Shown here in pieces: positions 60,331 through 64,000 of a DNA stretch of 64,000 nt (the stretch's first letter is position 1; every line of letters starts with the position of its first letter). Source of the stretch: Acidobacteriota bacterium. Lineage in GTDB: Bacteria > Acidobacteriota > UBA6911. Where the stretch lies: NCBI GenBank assembly GCA_963664705.1, contig OY761556.1, forward strand, positions 4,160,001 through 4,224,000, given 5' to 3'. The notes beneath the pieces were generated by a model that did no database searches, was not told where the DNA came from, and worked only from the letters and a program-made list of their open reading frames with translations. The translations under genes were made by a program, and so were the position numbers.

Positions 60331-60669
60331 GGGGAACCGGGCACCGGAGAGCAGCCAATTGGACAGATCCCTTCACAGGAAAACTCCAATCGACGACATA
60401 AACGGCCTTAAGCTGTGCGCATGTTTGGAGAGGGGGGCGCGAGCAACCTACCTGCTGCAAACCAGCTTTTTCAGCTGTAATTCAGGGGGTCAATAAAATG
60501 GTAGCACGTGGGTATTTTTACGCAAGACTCAATGTCGGTTTTCGCGTACGCATTAGGAGAAAATAATATAAATCCCAATTACGCGAGTCTCGATAGGGAG
60601 TTTCACTGATTTACGGCCCTTTCGGTTATACTGGGAGCACATCCTAAGGATATACGAAAGGGAGGCCCT

Positions 60670-61959
60670 ATGTGGGATAGACGCAGTTTCTTGCGGAGTT
60701 GCGCAGTCGGCATTGGAACCTTGAGCAGTTCGGCTGCTTACGAAATGCTGACCGCAGCGGGAAAGGAAATTTCAGGCTTAACTCCCGAACAGGCCGCTGT
60801 CAACGAAGATTACTGGTTTGCAATTCAACAGGCTTTCACTGAAGACCGCAACATCGTCAACCTGAATAATGGAACCATCCAGAACGGACTTCGCGTCGTT
60901 CAGGATGCAGTCCGCAGACATAACGAATATTCGGCCGATGCCGCCGCGCACACAATCAATTTGCTCGCAAAAGAAATAGAAAGTTGCCGGCGCCGGCTCG
61001 CCACGCACCTGGGGTGCGACTCCGAGGAGCTGGTGATATGCCGGGGTGGCACGGAGGCAGGTCAGATTCCGATTCTGGGATTGGATCTGAAACCCGGGGA
61101 TGAGGTTGTGATAACCAACCAGGATTATCCCAGGCTGCTTGCCACCTGGAAACAGCGTGAAAAAAGGGAAGGCATTGTATTAAAAATTGTCCCTCTTCCC
61201 TCTCCGCCCGTGCCGCTCGATACTTTCCATAAGCTCGTCGAGCAGCAGATCACGAGCAAGACAAAGCTGATCCACATTTGCCACATGACGCACTGGACCG
61301 GTCAAATGTCACCCGTGCGCAGGATTTCGGACATGGCGCATTCGAAGGGAATCGAGGTCCTTGTCGACGGAGCCCATGGATTCATGCATATTCCCTTCAA
61401 GCTGGCGGACCTCGGCTGCGATTACTATACAGCCAGCCTGCACAAATGGCTGATGGCGCCTCCGGGCAACGGGTTTGTACGCATTCCCAAAGATCGCATA
61501 TCCAAGGTCTGGCCGCTGACTCCTCCATGGACAGATGACCCGAAGGATATTCGGCGCTTTGAGGACGTTGGCACTCGGACCCATGCCAACCGCATTGCTA
61601 TCGCGGAGGCCATTACATTCAATGAAGGCATCGGCATTGAACGCAAATCGGCGCGCATTCGCTATCTGAAGGAACGCTGGGCAAACCGTGTGCGTCAATT
61701 GCCGCGGGTGCGCTTTTATTCAAGTCTTGATCCAACGCAATCGTGCGGAGTGGCCGCGTTCGGCATCGAGGGGATAGACACGATAAAACTGATGAATCAC
61801 CTGCTGGACAAATGGGGAATCGTGGTAACTCCTTCCCAGCATCCGGACGGCATCATTGACGGAATTCGCGCGGTGGTAAATGTTTCGTTGACGACCAAAG
61901 AAATTGACTATTTTGCAGATGTAATTGAAGACATTGTTAAGAAGGATGTGAAGCTTTAG
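60670..61959 (+). CDS. Tat-exported class V PLP enzyme (isopenicillin-N epimerase/cysteine desulfurase-like)
   Basis: DRRSFL Tat motif; LNNG, VDGAH, DYYTASLHKWL.AP.G.G. Confidence 0.9.
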   Translation: MWDRRSFLRSCAVGIGTLSSSAAYEMLTAAGKEISGLTPEQAAVNEDYWFAIQQAFTEDRNIVNLNNGTIQNGLRVVQDAVRRHNEYSADAAAHTINLLAKEIESCRRRLATHLGCDSEELVICRGGTEAGQIPILGLDLKPGDEVVITNQDYPRLLATWKQREKREGIVLKIVPLPSPPVPLDTFHKLVEQQITSKTKLIHICHMTHWTGQMSPVRRISDMAHSKGIEVLVDGAHGFMHIPFKLADLGCDYYTASLHKWLMAPPGNGFVRIPKDRISKVWPLTPPWTDDPKDIRRFEDVGTRTHANRIAIAEAITFNEGIGIERKSARIRYLKERWANRVRQLPRVRFYSSLDPTQSCGVAAFGIEGIDTIKLMNHLLDKWGIVVTPSQHPDGIIDGIRAVVNVSLTTKEIDYFADVIEDIVKKDVKL

Positions 61960-62022
61960 GAATTCGTTTTGTCGCTGGTCGCTCATCCGCAGGTACGCGA
62001 TGAACGACCAGCGATGGGAACT

Positions 62023-63105
62023 CTATCTTTGGATGCGTGCAGACCCACCCTGCGCAAAGGCTTTGACCTGATCCAGCGTCGCCATGGATGTATCGCCCGG
62101 AAATGTAGTCAGCAATGCACCGTGTGCCCAGCCCAGATTGACCGATTGTTGAGGCGTTTCCCCGGCCAACAGCCCATAAATAAATCCGCTGGCAAATCCA
62201 TCCCCTCCACCCACTCGATCATAGATATCCAGTTCGCAGGTCGGCGAAACATATGTCTTGCCCTGGACCCATGCGACTGCGCCCCAACTATGTCGGCTTG
62301 TGGAATGGACCTCGCGCAAGGTCGTAGCCACGGCTTTTATTTGGGGATATTTCCTGATGACCTTCTCTATCATCCCGAAAAATGCACTTGGGTCGAGTTT
62401 TGATTTTGCACCGACCTCCGGTCCCGGCACTCCCAGTCCCTTTTGCAAATCCTCTTCGTTGCCGATCAGGACATCCACATTTTCGACAATCCGCGCGACC
62501 ACCTCGACCGCCTTCTGCTGGCCGCCCCAAATGCTCCAGAGCTTTTCGCGAAAATTCAGATCAAAACTTGTCACCGCTCCCGCCGATTTCGCGGCTTTCA
62601 TCCCCTCGGCAATCAAGGCTCCGGTTGTCTCGGACAAAGAGGCAAAAATGCCGCCGCTGTGAAACCAGCGAACACCGCCGGAAAAAATCGATTGCCAGTC
62701 AAAATCGCCCGGTTGCAGCAGCGCTGCCGCCTCATTACAGCGGTTGTAGAAAACCACCGGCGCGCGAACGCCGTGTCCTCGATCGCTATAAACGGTGGCC
62801 ATGTTCGGACCATTTACGCCGTTATGCTTGAACCGACGGTAAAAGGGCCGGACACCCATGGCTTTGACGCGTTCGGCAATCAGATCGCCGATCGGATATT
62901 CCGACATAGCGGTTGCAATCCCTGTAGTCATTCCAAAACAATCGGCCAGGTTGGCGGCCACATTGAACTCCCCACCGCTCACATGGATCTGGCAGGACAT
63001 TGCCTTTCGGAATGGAATAATGCCTGGATCCAGGCGATGCACCAGGGCCCCGAGCGAAACCAGGTCCAATGCTCCGTGCGAAGGGATATTCAGCTCATTG
63101 CTCAT
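62023..63105 (-). CDS. kdgK: PfkB sugar kinase, 2-keto-3-deoxygluconate kinase-like
   Basis: GGEFNVA, SFDLNFR.KLW, GNEED, DRVGGGDGFASG. Confidence 0.85.
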   Translation of the reverse strand: MSNELNIPSHGALDLVSLGALVHRLDPGIIPFRKAMSCQIHVSGGEFNVAANLADCFGMTTGIATAMSEYPIGDLIAERVKAMGVRPFYRRFKHNGVNGPNMATVYSDRGHGVRAPVVFYNRCNEAAALLQPGDFDWQSIFSGGVRWFHSGGIFASLSETTGALIAEGMKAAKSAGAVTSFDLNFREKLWSIWGGQQKAVEVVARIVENVDVLIGNEEDLQKGLGVPGPEVGAKSKLDPSAFFGMIEKVIRKYPQIKAVATTLREVHSTSRHSWGAVAWVQGKTYVSPTCELDIYDRVGGGDGFASGFIYGLLAGETPQQSVNLGWAHGALLTTFPGDTSMATLDQVKAFAQGGSARIQR

Positions 63106-63157
63106 TGTATACTCCGCATTTTCTATTCGTGATGGTCCGATTAATTCACGGCAGCTT

Positions 63158-64000
63158 CTAGACGGTATAGGAGGAAGAAGCCGTATCACCACCATGCCCC
63201 GTCCAATTCGTATGGAAGAATTTCCCACGGGGATGGTCGACGCGTTCGTATTGATGCGCCCCAAAATAATCCCTCTGAGCCTGGAGCAGGTTCGCGGGCA
63301 GCCTCCCATTGCGAAGCCCGTCGTAATAGCTCAGCGCGGTGGAAAGTGCAGGGACCCAGGCGCCATTGAGAACCGCTGCGGACACAACGCGCCGCCAGGC
63401 TTTCTGCGACCGTTCGATTCGCTCTTTGAAGAAAGGCGCCAGAAGCAGATTGGACAGGCTGGGATTTGCGTCAAAGGCTTCCTTGATTTTGGCCAGGAAG
63501 ACAGACCGGATGATGCAGCCGCCGCGCCACAGGGTTGCAATAGCGCCATAATTCAGGTTCCAATGGAATTCCTTTGCCGCCTCGCGCAGCAGGACAAAAC
63601 CCTGCGTATAGGAAACAACCTTCGACGCATACAGCGCCTTCTCCAGATCTGCCAGGAATTCCTGCCGTTTTCGCTTGAATTGCTTTACCGGCGGATGAAG
63701 CAGCTTCGAGGCTTCGACGCGTTCCTCTTTCATTGCGGAGAGACAGCGCGCAAACACAGCTTCGCTGATGAGGGTGAGCGGAATCCCCAAGTCCAGCGAT
63801 ACTACGCTGGTCCACTTTCCGGTTCCCTTTTGACCGGCCGTATCCAGGATCTTGTCTACCAGCGGCATTCCATCGGCATCCTTGAAGGCAAGGATATCGC
63901 CGGTAATTTCAATAAGGTAGCTGTTCAGATCTCCCTTATTCCATTTTCGAAATATTTCACTCATTTCGTCCGGAGACATGTCGAGGAGATCCTTCATCGT
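63158..64000 (-). CDS. gnd: NADP-dependent 6-phosphogluconate dehydrogenase (C-terminal part; starts beyond the window)
   Basis: QKGTGKWT, WRGGCIIRS, LPANLLQAQRDYFGAH.YER. Confidence 0.96.
   Translation of the reverse strand, partial: TMKDLLDMSPDEMSEIFRKWNKGDLNSYLIEITGDILAFKDADGMPLVDKILDTAGQKGTGKWTSVVSLDLGIPLTLISEAVFARCLSAMKEERVEASKLLHPPVKQFKRKRQEFLADLEKALYASKVVSYTQGFVLLREAAKEFHWNLNYGAIATLWRGGCIIRSVFLAKIKEAFDANPSLSNLLLAPFFKERIERSQKAWRRVVSAAVLNGAWVPALSTALSYYDGLRNGRLPANLLQAQRDYFGAHQYERVDHPRGKFFHTNWTGHGGDTASSSYTV

Noticed and set aside
1-64000. CRISPR arrays, cas genes, tRNA/rRNA, prophage
   Set aside because: No regularly spaced direct repeats, cloverleaf-like sequences or phage hallmark genes were seen by eye.

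Overview
A 64-kb bacterial chromosomal segment, very likely from an anaerobic or facultative Acidobacteriota genome: it carries two Acidobacteria-type VWA proteins, a TIGR03435-type protein and an [FeFe]-hydrogenase. No rRNA, tRNA or CRISPR array was seen. Main points: (1) An 8-gene minus-strand isoprenoid operon (29204-38221) encodes PadR, an aquaglyceroporin, a CobW-type GTPase, a ferredoxin, a radical SAM enzyme resembling archaeal tetraether ring synthases, a DxDD class II terpene cyclase, a DUF116-polyprenyl synthase fusion and a prenyltransferase-beta-like protein. It has no squalene synthase, so its product is unknown. (2) A complete IS1111-type (IS110 family) element is inserted at a CT core inside a REP-like palindrome, and its 3' non-coding end contains readable bridge/seek-RNA guides matching both target and donor. 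(3) A 583-aa UGSC-like selenoprotein (U-P-G-C plus a SECIS-like hairpin) is split into two ORFs by the ORF track; it is divergent from an ArsR-TolC-RND-DUF2892-CoA persulfide reductase operon. (4) A single-chain GltD-fused [FeFe]-hydrogenase lies behind a 34-bp operator palindrome. (5) An IS1202-family element with a 17-bp target duplication abuts the isoprenoid operon promoter. All family assignments come from motif recognition by eye; no database search was run.
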